Source of the DNA: Vicugna vicugna
Taxonomy: Eukaryota
DNA: 64,000 bases
NCBI GenBank assembly: GCA_013265495.1
Contig: MU057711.1
Location: 1,054,001 to 1,118,000 of the forward strand
Reading direction: 5' to 3'
In this document: positions 48,640 through 61,309 of the stretch, in pieces
Layout of the letters: every line of letters begins with the position of its first letter
Position numbering within the stretch: the stretch's first letter is position 1
Translations under genes and position numbers: made by a program
Notes under the pieces: model-generated
Database searches by the model: none
Told to the model about the DNA's origin: nothing
The model's input: only the letters and a program-made list of their open reading frames with translations

Positions 48640-48880
48640 TCCATTGCAGACTGTGGAGATTAAGAACACCTGCTGCAGAGTTAGACCCACAGGGTTTAAA
48701 TCCTGGCTCTGTTCCTTACCTGCTGCTCACTCTTGGGCAAGCTAGTACTACTTTGTACTTCAGTTTCTTAATCTGTAACTGGGATAATACCTCATATGAC
48801 TGTTGTGAGGACTAACTGCATTAAAACCTTAGAGCAGCACTGGTCAGCACTCACGTCTCAATAAGGGTTAGTGATAGTGA
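48640..48880 (+). mobile_element. MIR SINE relic
   Basis: gggtttaaatcctggctctg...ttgggcaag...cagtttcttaatctgtaactgggataatacctc. Confidence 0.8.
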
Positions 48881-48914
48881 GTTTTTGCATGTTGGGGTCT
48901 GAAGGTGCACTAAA

Positions 48915-49332
48915 AATTTTTTCTATTGAAATATGGTTGATGTACAATATTATATAAGCTACAGGTGTACAATATAGTGATTCACAATTTTTAAAGGTTA
49001 TACTCCATTTATAGTTATTACAGAATATTGGCTACATTCCCCGTGTTGTACAATATATTCTTGTAGCTTATACATAATAGCTTGTACCTCTATCCCCTAC
49101 CCCTGTGTTGCCCCTCCCCACTTCCCTTTCCCCACGGTAACCACTAGTTAGTTCTGTATCTGTGCGTCTGCCTCTTTTTTGTTATATTCACTAGATTGTT
49201 GTACTTGTTGTACTTTTTAGATTCCACACGTTGAGTGATAACATACAGTATTTGTCTGTCTCTGTCTGACTTATTTCATTTAGCATAACACCTTCCAAGT
49301 CCATCCATGTTGCTGCAAATGGCAACATTTTG
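48915..49332 (-). mobile_element. Cetartiodactyl-type L1 3' end
   Basis: attgaaatatggttgatgtacaat...; ORF 49191-49460 includes LPFAATWMDLEGVMLNEISQ (ORF2 end). Confidence 0.9.
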
Positions 49333-49879
49333 AGCCAAGGTAGTATCCTCACCTTCAGGGGTCTGCATCCTTGGCTATGGGTGTTTCTGCCAGGCGAACT
49401 TTTAGATGGTCCCTTTGGTTTGATTTCTCGATAAGTGCCATCCACACCCTGCTGACCCATCTACCCAGATCCCTCTGGAACATTCTAGTAACTTTGGAAC
49501 AGGGATAGGGAGGGCTTTGAAAGATACTTTATGGTTTTGTTACTTTACAAATAATATTTCCATTGTTATTCAAAAGAAATGTATATTTTTTATAGTAAAA
49601 CTGAAAAATCTAGGAAAGAACAAAGAAGAAAATAAAACCTGCCTGCACCCCAGCACCTACAGATAGCCATGTTTAACAATACGTAAGCCCAGTGCTGTTG
49701 CTATGGGATCATTATGTGGGTGGAGTTGTTTAGAATTAACTGTGTGTTTTGTTAACATGTTTTACTTACTCTGATCTCATTTTATCCTCACCACAACCTT
49801 GTGAGGTGGGTATCATTTTTGTCATTTTATAGATAAGAGAATGGAGGTTCAGAGACATGTGACTTGTTCAAATTCAAAC

Positions 49880-50670
49880 ATTCTCTTTTGTAACCTGCTT
49901 CTTCCCTTTAACAGTGTAAGTATTTCCCTGTGTGGTTAAATATTCTTTTACCACATGATTTAGAATTTCAGATATTTAATTTTGTGACTAATCCATTTGC
50001 ATGGTTAAAAAAATAAAAAGGTTTCCAGGAAGAGCTTTCATTCATCCCTGTCCCCTGGCTGACCACTCCTCTCACTAATAACCGTTCATTTCTTGGATCT
50101 CTTTTCAGTGTGCCCTGATTACACAAGGAGATATGCATATCTGTTTTTATTTTTCTGCAGAAGGTTTCACACTCTCAACATTGCTCCACATTATAAACCT
50201 TGCTTTTTCACTGAACAATGTTTCTGGGAGAACTTTCTATACCAAGTATATACAGAACTTCCTCATTTCTTTTTGTCACGCTACAGTAAGCCATTCTATG
50301 AATATGCTGCAATTTATTTAACCAGTCACTATAGACATTTGAATATTTTCCTCAATGTTTGCTCTCTCAATACTGCTGTAAAGAGTAACATTGCAAATGA
50401 GCCATTTTTCACTTTTTAAAGGCTGCGTGGTATTCCTGTTGAGTGACACGCCACACTTTATTTAACCAAACCATGGCGGATGGATATTTAGGTTGTTTCT
50501 GGGCTTCCCTTATGATGAATAATGTGATGTGAACATTCAGGCTCATGAACCCTTCTGCTTTTACTTTTGGTCCTTCTCTCAGGGAAATGCCATGAGCTTT
50601 TGATACATGTTGCACATCTGTCTCCAGGAAAAGCTGTGCCAATTTCTAGCAGCAGTGTCTGAGAAGCCAA
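49880..50670 (-). mobile_element. Old L1ME-type 3' relics
   Basis: ccttgctttttcactgaacaatg...ttatttaaccag; ggatatttaggttgtttc...ctccaggaaaagctgtgccaattt. Confidence 0.65.
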
Positions 50671-51632
50671 TGACCTGGTGCTCTGAATAGGACCCTTGGG
50701 GGAGATGGAGGTTGGGGTGTGTGGAGGATGGCTAGTTCAAACCACAGGCCAAGGGTTGCCAGATTGGGGAAGTCCTTCAGACTTCTTTACCCAACTCATC
50801 TCAAAAATTTTTAAAAAACACCACACTTTGAGCAAAAGATAGCTGGTGGCCTTCTAAGCCTGTGTCCTTCAGTTTATGAGCTTTGGGTAACAGAATGAGC
50901 CTGGAGCCAGATGAAACTAGGTCCAAATACCAGCTCCTTTTCTTACTTGCTGTGTGACATCAGTAGGATAACCTAGGCTCTCTGATCTTCAGTTTTTTTC
51001 TTTACAAGACAGGGACAATGATAGAATGCACCACATAAATACGGTGTGTTTGGTACAGGGCTAGTAACATACCGAGCACTCAGTGAGCTATGACATCATT
51101 TCCTTTGTGGCTGCTGATTACTGTTACCCCCACTCGTCAGCTCAGAGCACAGGTTTGTGGGTGAGAACGGTCACATGGAGCTGGGGGAAGACCAATTGGT
51201 GGCTGTAGTCAAGTTGGTTTCATGTCTGCTGAAGGCTTTGCTGCTGAAGATGCAAGCCATCTGTGGTGGTCATCTGTGAGGCCAATGGAGAATGGCATGA
51301 GAAGGGACACGAGGGCGGTGGATAAAAGATCTGGCTTATCTGGAAGGTCTAGGCAGCTGCTGAACAAATATTCAGGCCATTCATTCACTCATTTTCTATT
51401 CCCTGAGGCCTTGATGGGTGCTACCTTCTAAGAAAACTGCTAGGGTGCCAAGTGGAGTAAGCCACAGCTCCTGCCCTGAAGAGTCTGCATCCAGGCAAGG
51501 AGCAGGACAAGAGAATGGCAGGGAAAGAGACAGTGTTGACACTCACCAGCTGTGTGACGTTGGGCAGATTACTTGACTGTTTTCTATATCATGTTTCCTT
51601 ATCTGCAGAATGAGATTGTTGTGAGCACATAC

Positions 51633-52100
51633 TGCTGTGGACTGAATTGTATTCTTATATACAAATTCATATATTGAGGCCCTAACCCCCAATGTAACTA
51701 TTTCTGGAGACATGGTCTTTAGGAGGTAATTGAAGTTAAATGAAGTCAGAAAGGGGGTGTCCCTGATCTAATAGGATTAATGTCCCTATAAAAAGAGACA
51801 CCAAAGAGCTAACACTCTCTCTGTCTGTCTCTATTTCTGTCTCTGTCTCTCTCTGTCTCTGTCTGCCTCTCTCTGCTATTTCTGTCTCTCTGTGTGTCTC
51901 TTTCTCTGCCATATGTGGCACAGAGAGAAGGTGGCCATCTGCAAGCCAGGAAGAGAGCCCTCACCAGTAATTGAATCCTGCTGTAACCTTGACATTGTAC
52001 TTTCCAGCCTCCAGAACTGTGAGAAATTAAATTTCTGTTGTGTAAAGCCACCCAGTCTGTGTATTTTGTCACAGCAAAATGAGAAGCTAAGCCCAGGCTA
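51633..52100 (+). mobile_element. MLT1A-like MaLR solo LTR with CT-rich expansion
   Basis: tgctgtggactgaattg...gaggccctaacccccaatg...gaaggtggccatctgcaagccaggaagagagccctcacc...ttccagcctccagaactgtgagaaa. Confidence 0.9.
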
Positions 52101-52104
52101 AGAC

Positions 52105-52445
52105 ATATAACAGTGCCAGGCACTCTCCACATCACTATGTACATCATCCCACTCAAACCTTAACAGCAAACCCCGGAAGGCAGATCCTATGAATATCCCC
52201 ATTGTATAGATGAGGAATATAATGGTAGCTACCACTTTTAAGCACTTAGGAAATTCCTGGCACTGTGCCTAGCACTTTGCATTTATTTTCTATTTGAGTG
52301 TGCTGAACACACCTAGAAGGTATTAATATTATTATCTCTATTTTACCGAAGAAGACACCTAGGTTTATCGAATTAGGGAGCTTGTCCAAGGCCACAGAAC
52401 TGTAAGTAGTGAAGCTAGGATTCAAATCCAGGGGGTTCCGAATCC
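52105..52445 (-). mobile_element. Two MIR relics
   Basis: cccattgtatagatgaggaa; cttgtccaaggccacagaactgtaagtagtgaagctaggattcaaatccagg. Confidence 0.75.
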
Positions 52446-53454
52446 TTGCAAGACAGGTCCCACAGCTAGTAAGGGGCGTGGCCACTGATTTCAGAGCCAT
52501 TGCACTAGTCTGTCTCTCTGCCGCTTCTCCTCACCCATAAAAAGGTTGGTCCCTCCCTCCTTCCTTCCCTCTGAAGGGAATCATGGCAGTGACTCATAAT
52601 TGAGAAGGGATACAAGCCAGTGATATAGAGTTGTCTTTCCAGGCCACATGCAGAGCCCTCTGGAACCTCCCTGGGAAGGGCATCATTACATCTGCCCTTC
52701 GAGCTGATAGAGTCTCAAGGAGAAAACCTGTTTCCTCATGTGCTGTTCCTTGCTGTGTCTCTCTTTAAGAAGAATTTCCTCTCCAATAGTCAAACTAGAT
52801 GAGCACGTTAGGCCCTGAACAGAAGATTATTAAAGCAGTCCACAGTCAGCCTTTCAGCTCACAATCTAATTAGCTGGAAGAGGCCCCTTAGAGTCTGCAC
52901 CAGAGAAATCTCCTAAGGCCCCAGAAAGTTGTCTAATGAGAGAAAACGGAACCGTCGGAGGAAAGGGAGAGGCTCGTGTTTGTGTGTCTGTGGGAGGGAG
53001 GAGAGACTCCAGCTCCTTTGTGTACCTCAGTAATCACTTCCACGGTACCCCTGGCCAGAAAACGAAAAATGTAATCGCAAGGCTCTCAGCGAACTCAGCC
53101 TGGGTGGTTGTCACCCTGGAGCCCGGTATAGAGGACACCTCCTAGGGTTTTCCAGAGAGAAGAAGATTGGTTTTCTTCAGAGCTACTGCAAGCCCCAGGT
53201 AGCCAGCCTCTTCTCTCCACCTTAATAGACCAGAGAGAAAGAAGCAGACTAAAAATAGCCTGTGACTGTGTTAAGGAGGCCTCTCACACTCAGAGAGTCG
53301 GAGAGTCGTAAGTGACCTGTGAGAGGTGATGGGCCAGTCAATCAAGTATTCTCTAAATCACTGCTCTGTGCTCTGAGAACAGCAGGAAACAGCCCACCTC
53401 TGAGGACTTGGTAACTATGCCACTCAGTTCAGTCCTTCAGCCATCCATGCCCCC

Positions 53455-54515
53455 AACCAGTATTGACTGAGTGTCATCTGTGAGGCAGGCACTGTATTAG
53501 GCACTGAGATACGGGACTGAACATCCTGGAACCAGAGACAGACAGCACACAGGAAAATGCACGAGATAAATGGAGGACACGAGAAGCGTGCTAGGTCGCA
53601 AAATGAAGCAGGGTTCTGTGTGACAGACTGTGTAGCGGGGTTTGTGATGTGCTACCCAGATCTCTCCCTTCAAAGCTGAGACACTTATTCAGCAACTCTG
53701 GGCATTGTGAGCTTAGATGTCTGGTTCCCAGAGTAGGGTGCTCATTTCATAGTTGCTGGGAGTATTGGTGGCTGACAGCTCTAAATTGAATCTCTCTCTG
53801 AAAACTGCCCTCTGTGGGAGAGCTGCCTCTCCCAAGGTCATGTCTCCTTCAGGAGGGTAACCTGCATCCACTCTGCAGTGCTGAGGTACAAAGCTAGCCT
53901 CCTTGGTTCAGCTCTGAGACTACCAGTGAGATCACTTGAGGCCTTTGTTGTGAATGTGTCTTCCCTCTGATCAGTTCTTGTTTCTTCCTTCACCTACAAC
54001 AAGTGCTGGTTCCAAGGGTGTCCCCATAAACCTGAAAACAGATCTCCAACTCTGAGTCTATTTCCTGAAGAATTTAACCCCAGACAGTAAGTGACTGATG
54101 GGAGGAGAATTTACACAGTATTGCCAGAGAAGTCCTCTCTGAAAAGATAATGCTTGAGCCAAATCCTGAATGATGGTCTTGTGGTGTGTGTGTGGGGGGG
54201 AGACTCAGCTTTGAGAATAAGCTTGGGAAAAGTGTCTCTGGAGTAGAGGATAATTAGTCCAAAGTCTGTGAGGTGGGAACAACCTTGGTGTATTAAAGGA
54301 ATAGAAAGAAGGCCTATGGGGCTTGAGGGTAGCGATAGAGAAGGAAGTGGGATAAAAGGAGAGAGAGGGTGATAGGGCCAGGTCTTGTAGGGCTTTATAG
54401 GCTGCACTGAGGAGTTTGGGTTTTATTATAAGGGTGATGAGAAGTCATTGGAGAGGGTAGAGCCGAGGACTGAAAGGGTACAATTTACATTTCAAAACGA
54501 TCACTCTGGCTACTG
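53455..54515 (-). mobile_element. L2 relic split by an LTR
   Basis: gtgaggcaggcactgtattaggcactgag...; resumes gggccaggtcttgtagggctttatagg...ggagtttgggttttatt. Confidence 0.75.
53631..54086 (+). mobile_element. LTR16-like (ERVL) LTR
   Basis: TG start tgtagcgggg...; end ataaacctg...atctccaactctgagtctatttcctgaagaatttaaccccagaca. Confidence 0.65.
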
Positions 54516-54659
54516 TGAATTCAATTTCATCAGGAAGACAAGACTAACTGACACGGAAAATTAGTGAATAACCTCAAAGCAATATGATTCTGTGTCCGTA
54601 AAGGGTATGCATCAGGCTCTTTTACATTAGTGTGTTTCATATTCATTGAATATTCATTT

Positions 54660-55250
54660 AACAATAATAATAGTTGAACATCTATTATATGCCAGACACT
54701 GTACTAGGTTCTGGGATACAGCAAATGAACAATATAAGTAATATCCTGAACCTCATGGACTTACATTCCTAATGGACCAACTACGAATTCATAGTGGGTG
54801 GATATTAAACTTTAATAAAGTGCTGAATTGGGTGGCATAGATTTTAAGCAAGTCACTGGGAACCATATATAAGGGAAAGACTTCATGGAGAAGATGGGAT
54901 TCAGATTAGATGGGAAAATGAGTAGGGAGTATCCATGACAGAAAGAAGAAACTGTAAGAACAATAATATGGCAGCAGTGGTTAACATGGTAGCAGTATCA
55001 ACAGTTACCATCTATTGAATACTTACTATGTGCTAGGCATCATGCTAAGAATTTAGCTTCTTTTATATTGTGGAATCCTCAGGGACACCATATAGAATAA
55101 GCAATAATTTTTCCCATTTTACAGATGATGAAATTAAAACACATGGAAATGCCTTGTTCAAGGTCACATACTTAGAAAGAGGCATATATTGATTTCACTC
55201 CATATCTTACTAGTTCTGAAACTGGATCCTATACCCTTAAGAGCACCCTG
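54660..55250 (-). mobile_element. L2 (54660-54930) and MIR (54990-55250) relics
   Basis: tatgccagacactgtactaggttctgggatacag; cccattttacagatgatgaaatt...ttgttcaaggtcacatac. Confidence 0.7.
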
Positions 55251-55439
55251 ATTGAGCATAAATGGCTGTCTGGTTATGTAATTCTGTCCACCACCCTTTC
55301 CCAGGATGAATTCTTTGTAAGACTTGCTTCTCTTCTGCTGTGTGCATATAGGTCTTGGTTTAGTGTTTCCTTCTTTGTCTATGACTCTTTTCTCACTACT
55401 TGTTCCTTCTTTCATTTGGCAGAGACTGCTAAATGGTCA

Positions 55440-55864
55440 CCAATATCAGTTTTCTCTTTATGGCACATGGTTTAATACAAATCCCAGCATCCCTCACATT
55501 AATATTTGGTCATGTGACTGATTTCTGGCCAATGGAGCATGAGTGGAAGTGGTGTGTGGCATCCCAGGTCTGCCCTCCCAAACCCCAACCCCAAATCTTC
55601 CACCCCCATTCTTTGCTTGTTTCCCTTTCTGGCTGTCCTGGGAGGCAGCCATTGAAGATGTCAAAGCCACTCTTAGCCTACATCTTTGAATAACTGTGAG
55701 GGGAATAACATACTCCCTGGCCTGGACTGTGCTGTTTTATTTATCAGAAATAAAATAGACTACTTATTTCTATTTTATCTAGTAGAAATAAAATTCTATT
55801 GTGTTTAATCATTATATGATTAGATCTATTTGTTACTGCAGCCAGGCCCACACTAACTCATACA
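55440..55864 (+). mobile_element. MLT1H/I-like MaLR LTR
   Basis: ggtcatgtgactgatttctggccaatggagcatgagtggaagtg...ctatttgttactgcagccaggcccacactaactcataca. Confidence 0.7.
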
Positions 55865-56079
55865 CCTACTTTCTGTCAGGGCTCTTGAGGACCTAAATCT
55901 CCTTTCAAATATCATTCCAGCCCTTGTTCAAGATTTCTGGCAAAGCCGATGGTAATTTGGGCCATTCTAATAAAAATGAGCTAAGCCAAGGAGTCTATAG
56001 ATAGAAATCTAACAGTGAGTGAGTGAAAACTTCACGCTTGTTCTAGCTATAGTGGTAATATGATAGTGGGACACAGGGG

Positions 56080-56250
56080 CATGAAAGAAGGGAGAAATAG
56101 AGACAGAGAAGGAAGAGAGCTGGGAGAAAGAAAGAGAAGAGGAAGCAGAAGTGTAAGAGAGAAGTCAGGGAAGAAAGGGGAGAGAATAAATAGTAGAGAA
56201 AGAAAGGAAACAGGAGAGGATAAGGAGAAGGAAAAGAGAAGAGAAAAAAG
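56080..56250 (+). repeat. Purine (GA)-rich low-complexity tract
   Basis: Almost purely A/G over ~170 bp. Confidence 0.7.
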
Positions 56251-56879
56251 CCTGAGGGGATCAAATTAAAATCATGTCATTCCTAAAGGTCCAAGAAGAT
56301 AAGCATGACTTCCCCAGGAATTCCTCACCCTCAGCCTCTGATACCAAAGGATGCTTCTTTCCTGGTCTGGGACTGGTATATCTGGTCCACCATGCTGTTA
56401 CCGTCTCACACCTGCAAATATTTCTGAATAGATATAGCGTTGTGCTCAGTGGCATTAGCTTTTGTGGCAAACCTGAGATTAGCCCCCAGTCAAGATCTTA
56501 ATGAAGCAAAGTTTCCTTCTGGCGGGTGAAACAGAAGAGGGATAAAGGTTACACTAGCTGGAGTCAACCTGAGCTTCAGCAATTTTATTTTGAGAATGCA
56601 GTAATTGGGAGTTAATTATGCTTTGGTGGCTTTTCCACTCCACCTCCACATCTTCTTTTTTTTCTGACTGGTTTGAAAGTGAGTTACAAAGAAAATCAGA
56701 GTGGTTCTCAGGGCTGGTAAAGGGGCCACAGGATGGTTAGGAGAAAAGGCCCCTGAAAGCACTTTTGCTCTAACAGGCCTGTTTGAAGGCAGACATTTGT
56801 CAGGACCACGGACAGCTCCAAGTCGTCCGTGCGGGAGGTCCAGAGAGAAGGCCATGGAGGAGGCTTTAGTAACAGAGCC

Positions 56880-57290
56880 CAGAAACTTCCTGGATAGCTG
56901 GCTCCTAATGGCTGCCGCCTTATTTAATTTTGCAATCATCAGCAACCCTTACATTTTAATTAGGGAGTCACTGTAATGAAGCCATCCTGCTTCTATCCGG
57001 GCAGGCCTGCTCATTCTCTCCTTGCTCTGGAAGGGTCTTCCGCACTAATTGGCTGTTTGGTACCTCGATCTTGACAGAACGAGGTAGGGTACCTCGATCT
57101 TGACAGAACGAGGTAGGGAGTGATCCCCTTGCTTTCCTTCTAATGCATTCTCTGGTCTCTTTGCCCTCCTCCTCTTTGATTTGCCTAATTAGTGCTAATA
57201 ATTTAAAAGCTGCATGGCCCTCTTTTGATCCTGCTGTCAATGGCAGACAGAGACATTCCATTAGCAGATATTAAATAGTGCTAATATGTG
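56880..57290. promoter_or_regulatory. Repeat-free homeobox-motif-rich block (candidate conserved enhancer)
   Basis: Multiple TAAT cores (ctaatgg, ttaattag, gtaatga, ctaattgg, ctaattag, ccattag), two TGACAG and one CTGTCA. Confidence 0.45.
57059..57116. repeat. Perfect 2 x 29-bp tandem duplication of a hairpin-forming unit
   Basis: ggtacctcgatcttgacagaacgaggtag at 57059-57087 and 57088-57116. Confidence 0.95.
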
Positions 57291-57350
57291 GTGACACACA
57301 GTTGGAGCTGGCTTGCACACAGTTCCAGTCTGGGACCCTGGGGCTGCCTT

Positions 57351-57390
57351 ACACACACACACACGCACACGCACATGCACACACACATAC
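57351..57390 (+). repeat. Imperfect (CA)n microsatellite
   Basis: acacacacacacacgcacacgcacatgcacacacacatac. Confidence 0.9.
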
Positions 57391-58039
57391 ACTCACCTCA
57401 TCTACTTTACTCTTGGAGAAAAGGCATTCTAGGCAGTAGCAGCTTAGAGTGCCTTGTCTTAATAAGTGCTCGAGGCCCCCTTTATCGTGGGCTGGCCTTG
57501 AAAACCACATGATTTATTCCACATTTCAGGATTTTAATGATTAATTCATGAATGTATCTGCAAGGATGCCAAGGTCTCCAAAATAATGAAAGCCTTTTTT
57601 TTCCCCCAAAGTTGTTTGTTTTCATTTCAAATCAAAGCAATCTGTCTTGCACATTCATTTCTCTCCCTCTTCATTCCCTTCACCCTGAAAGGGAAAAAGA
57701 AAAAAAAAACAGAGCTCGTTTCATTGGGGTCCTGATAACATTTTGACAAGTAATAGAATTCATTTACATTTATCAAAATAAACAGATATGTCTTCCATCT
57801 TCTCTCTGTTTAGCTGACACGGATAGGTTTTTCACCTCCAACAGGCATAAGTAAGCTCGAGGTCATGTATGTAATTCAACCTGTGTGTTCCCTGATATTC
57901 TGAAATTTTTGTTAGAACATAAAGGGGTGCTCAGACTGAAGAACTCTGAGTGAGCTCCCAGCAGGACCTTCCCCTGGTCCTGGGAAGGCAAACATTGACG
58001 CTCTCAGTTTGGCCTGGGCTCATAAATCATAAACCAATA

Positions 58040-58250
58040 GGATTCCACAGTTAAGAATATTTCTTCTGGAATTGGACTGACTGGGTTCTAATCCTAGCTT
58101 CATCACTTTCCCACAAAGTCTGTGACTTTAGGCAAGTTACTTATAATAGTATTAGCTACATCATAGAGCTGTTATGAGGATTAAATGAGATAATATACAC
58201 AAAATGCTTGGCACTGCACCTGGCACATAATAAATGCTCTAAAATGTTTG
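58040..58250 (+). mobile_element. MIR SINE (near full length)
   Basis: ctgggttctaatcctagc...ggcaagttactt...gttatgaggattaaatgagataat...cctggcacataataaatgctc. Confidence 0.85.
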
Positions 58251-58744
58251 GGATGATGGTGATGATGATGGTGGTGGTGCTTGAATAGCATGAGGTTCTT
58301 AAATATTGAAACTTTCTGTTCTATACAAGAGGAGATGGTGACACTATTGCCATAAAATTTAGATATAATCTGATGACTTGGAGCACTGAAGCTAATTTTA
58401 AAAAAATCCTGTCATTAAGGCTGTTTCTGAGAGACTATCTCATTTTTAAGGAGTTGTTATGTTTTCCTAACATAGCCACATTATCTTAATGCTGATGTTT
58501 TATGGACTTAGAGAAAAACAAAATAGTCTGGAATTGTACTGTAAGAGTGGGCAATCAGAACAAGTGCCTGATTCTAGTTGAGGACCAGCTCTGCTCAGTC
58601 ACTGTATCCTGGGCCAAAGCAGACTGACCTCTTTGGACCTAGGCCACCACACAAGGGTATGAATGGGTGGGGGGTCACTATAAGAAATGGCATTCAGGAT
58701 CCCTAGCATTACAAACAGTATTCTCTTTGTGGTCCTATTGTTTT

Positions 58745-59395
58745 TTTTAATTAATAAACTTAAATTTTTTAGAGCAGTTTTAAGTTCACAGCAAAATTCC
58801 GTACAAAGTAGTAAGAGTTTCTGTATAACCCCTGTCCCATACAGCCTCTCTCACTGTCCACATCCTGTACCAGAGAGCTACATTTGATAAACCTACGCTG
58901 ACACATCATTATCACTCAAAGTCTGCAGTTTACATCAGAGTTCACTCTTGCTGTTGTACATTCTATAGGTTTGGACAAATGTATAATGGCATGTATCCAC
59001 CATTATATATACAGAATAGCTTCCCTGCCCCAAAAAACCTTCCCCCTATTCATCTGTCATTCCTCCTCCCTAACCCTTGGCAACCACTAATCTTTTTACT
59101 CTCTTCATAGTTTTGCCCTTTCCAGGATGTTATATAGCTGGAATCAGGCAGTATGTAGCCTTTTCAGATTGGCTTATTTCACTTAGTAATATACATTTAA
59201 GATTCCTCTGTCTTTTCATGATTTGATAGCTCATTTCATTTCATTTCTTTTCTTTTTTAGCAATGAATAATATTCCTTGTCTGGATGTACCACAGTTTAT
59301 TTAGCCATTCATTTACTGAAGGACATCTTGGTTGCTTCCAAGTTTTGGCAATTATGAATTAAAACCTGCTATAAACTTCCATGTGGAGACTTTGG
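58745..59395 (-). mobile_element. L1MC/L1MD-type 3' end
   Basis: ttttagagcagttttaagttcacagcaaaatt...agttcactcttgctgttgtacattctatagg...ggacatcttggttgcttccaagttttggcaattatg. Confidence 0.85.
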
Positions 59396-60119
59396 TGTGG
59401 GTATCACCACAGATGACACTAGACCTTCTAAAGCCCTCAATGTGGACTTCTGTGCACTCCCTTCCTCCCCTCGGGGGGCTTTCCACTGAACTGGCAAGAT
59501 GGCTTCCCTCTGGAATGTTGAGAAGGGATGGGGCGGGGTGAGAGGGGAGAAAAGAAAAGTTACTTCAAAGAAGCCATGAAAAACACAGTTGAAAAGCAAC
59601 AATACAATCTGCAAAATGAGAAAACCACATACAAACCCCAGATTGCAAAATCAGAGGTGCTAATGGTAATGCCAAACAGGACTTTTCTTGAATGACAACC
59701 CAATTTTTCCGTTAGAGCAGAGAGACCCACTGAAAAATGGGAGCTCCTCAGTTTGGGCTTCTATGTGCTAAGATTTGTGAATGAGAAAGATCTGAGGTGC
59801 TCATCTCCACCTGGAAGCAGCACAGGGGGCTCAGCAAGAATCCCTGATGTGTGGGGCCCCAAGCCTGCTTCTAAACTGCCATCTAAGCTGGGGCTCATGG
59901 CAACTGCTCAAGCACCACCAGCAGCTAAAATCTGGGAGAACACTTCACTTTTGCTCAGTAGTGGCCACAGAGAGAGGATTTAGAAAAAGCTAAGCTCAGA
60001 TGGGGGATGGCTTCATTCGGCACCTGAGAACGTACAGATGTGTTTGTTCTTTGATTTGGTAGTAGGTTATTCAGCACCTGCCATGTGGTAGACATGATTC
60101 CAGACACTGAGGATACACA

Positions 60120-60920
60120 ATGGCCTCTCTATGAAAGCAGCCAGGGTGCTCTTTTAAAAATGAAAATCTAGGAGTGTGTGTGTGTGGGGTAATAGCTCAG
60201 TGATAGAGCACATAATTAGCACGCATGTGGTATTGGGTTTAATCCCCAGTACCTCTATTAAAAAAGGAAAAAGAAAACCCAGATCCCATCACACTTAGGA
60301 TAACCCCCAAATTCTGTACATGGTTTGTGCCCATCTCACCAACCTGGGTGATTACTGCCCTCTAGTCTCCCCAGCAGCCTTCTTTCTGGTTCTCTCTTAC
60401 TCCAGGCTTCTTCCTACCACAGGAATTTGCACATGCTGGCCCTCTCTCCTGGAGCACTCTTCCCTATGAACTTCTCATGATTCAGATCTGGCTCAATACT
60501 GTGCTTTTGAAGACACTTTTTTGACTCTCTGATTGTACACCACACAGCAGCAGTGGCATTAAACATTTCTAACTGCAGAGATGGCACAATCACTAGTTAA
60601 TCCAAATAGATGTTAGCCATGCACAACTAGGACAGCTGCATCCGTGCATAGCGGCTGCACACCATCTGATCATGTGCCAAGTCCCCAGTCAGGCATATCA
60701 GCCATTCGTATTTCCTTCAGCAAATCTGTCACTGTCTGATATCATCATGGTTGTCTTTTCTACTTTATTCTATTTTTTTCCTCTACTTTCCTGCTTCTTA
60801 ATTGCATATCTTAGATCATTAAAGCAGGAGTATGTCTGTTTTGTTCCTTGTGCCTTGTGGCATAGACAATGCCTAGTTTATAGTCTGGCATAAAGTAAGG
60901 GCTCCATTAATATCTAGAGC
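60120..60920 (+). mobile_element. L2 relic interrupted by a SINE and a possible MER91-like piece
   Basis: gcagccagggtgctctttt...cagatcccatcac...tttgcacatgctg...ttaaagcaggagtatgtctgttttgttc...gctccattaata. Confidence 0.65.
60172..60267 (+). mobile_element. tRNA-derived SINE (Vic-1-like) with 5' (TG)n
   Basis: atagctcagtgatagagcac...gggtttaatccccagtacctc plus A-tail; imperfect TSD gaaaatctag / gaaaacccag. Confidence 0.8.
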
Positions 60921-61309
60921 TTGTGAAATGAGGGACCAAAGCGCCAACCCTCAGGCAGCTTACATTCTGGGAGATGGGATTAGTGGTGGCAGAGGTTTAA
61001 AAGTGTGTGCATGGACCACTGAATTCCCTTAGAATTCCAAATTCTGGTATCAGAAGTTCTTTGGAATTGGAAGTAACTCTAAATTAGGGGATAGAATGAT
61101 CATGTTACTGGGTGTGTCTGAGGGGGTAGAGCTACACAGGTTCTGGGGAGACACATCGGGGCATGGCTGGAGGACACAACCAATGAGTATAGTGACCTCA
61201 TTGGTCTGATCCTGAGCTGTGATGACACAGTGTTGGCCCTTTTGTTGAGATTGGCACAGATGGCATGAATTTGGCTCTTGAAAGGTCAAATGCTTTACTT
61301 AATTATCTT

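Noticed and set aside
56080..56250. Purine tract as triplex (H-DNA) or as an Arg/Glu/Lys-rich ORF
   Set aside because: No clear mirror symmetry; the ORF composition simply reflects low complexity.
56910..56925. ggctgccgcct(t/g)attt shared with 30923-30938
   Set aside because: A 15/16 match somewhere within 64 kb is expected by chance, and its orientation is inconsistent with the other shared motif.
57059..57116. 29-bp palindromic repeats resembling CRISPR direct repeats
   Set aside because: There are only two units, directly adjacent with no spacer, no cas genes, and the context is mammalian.
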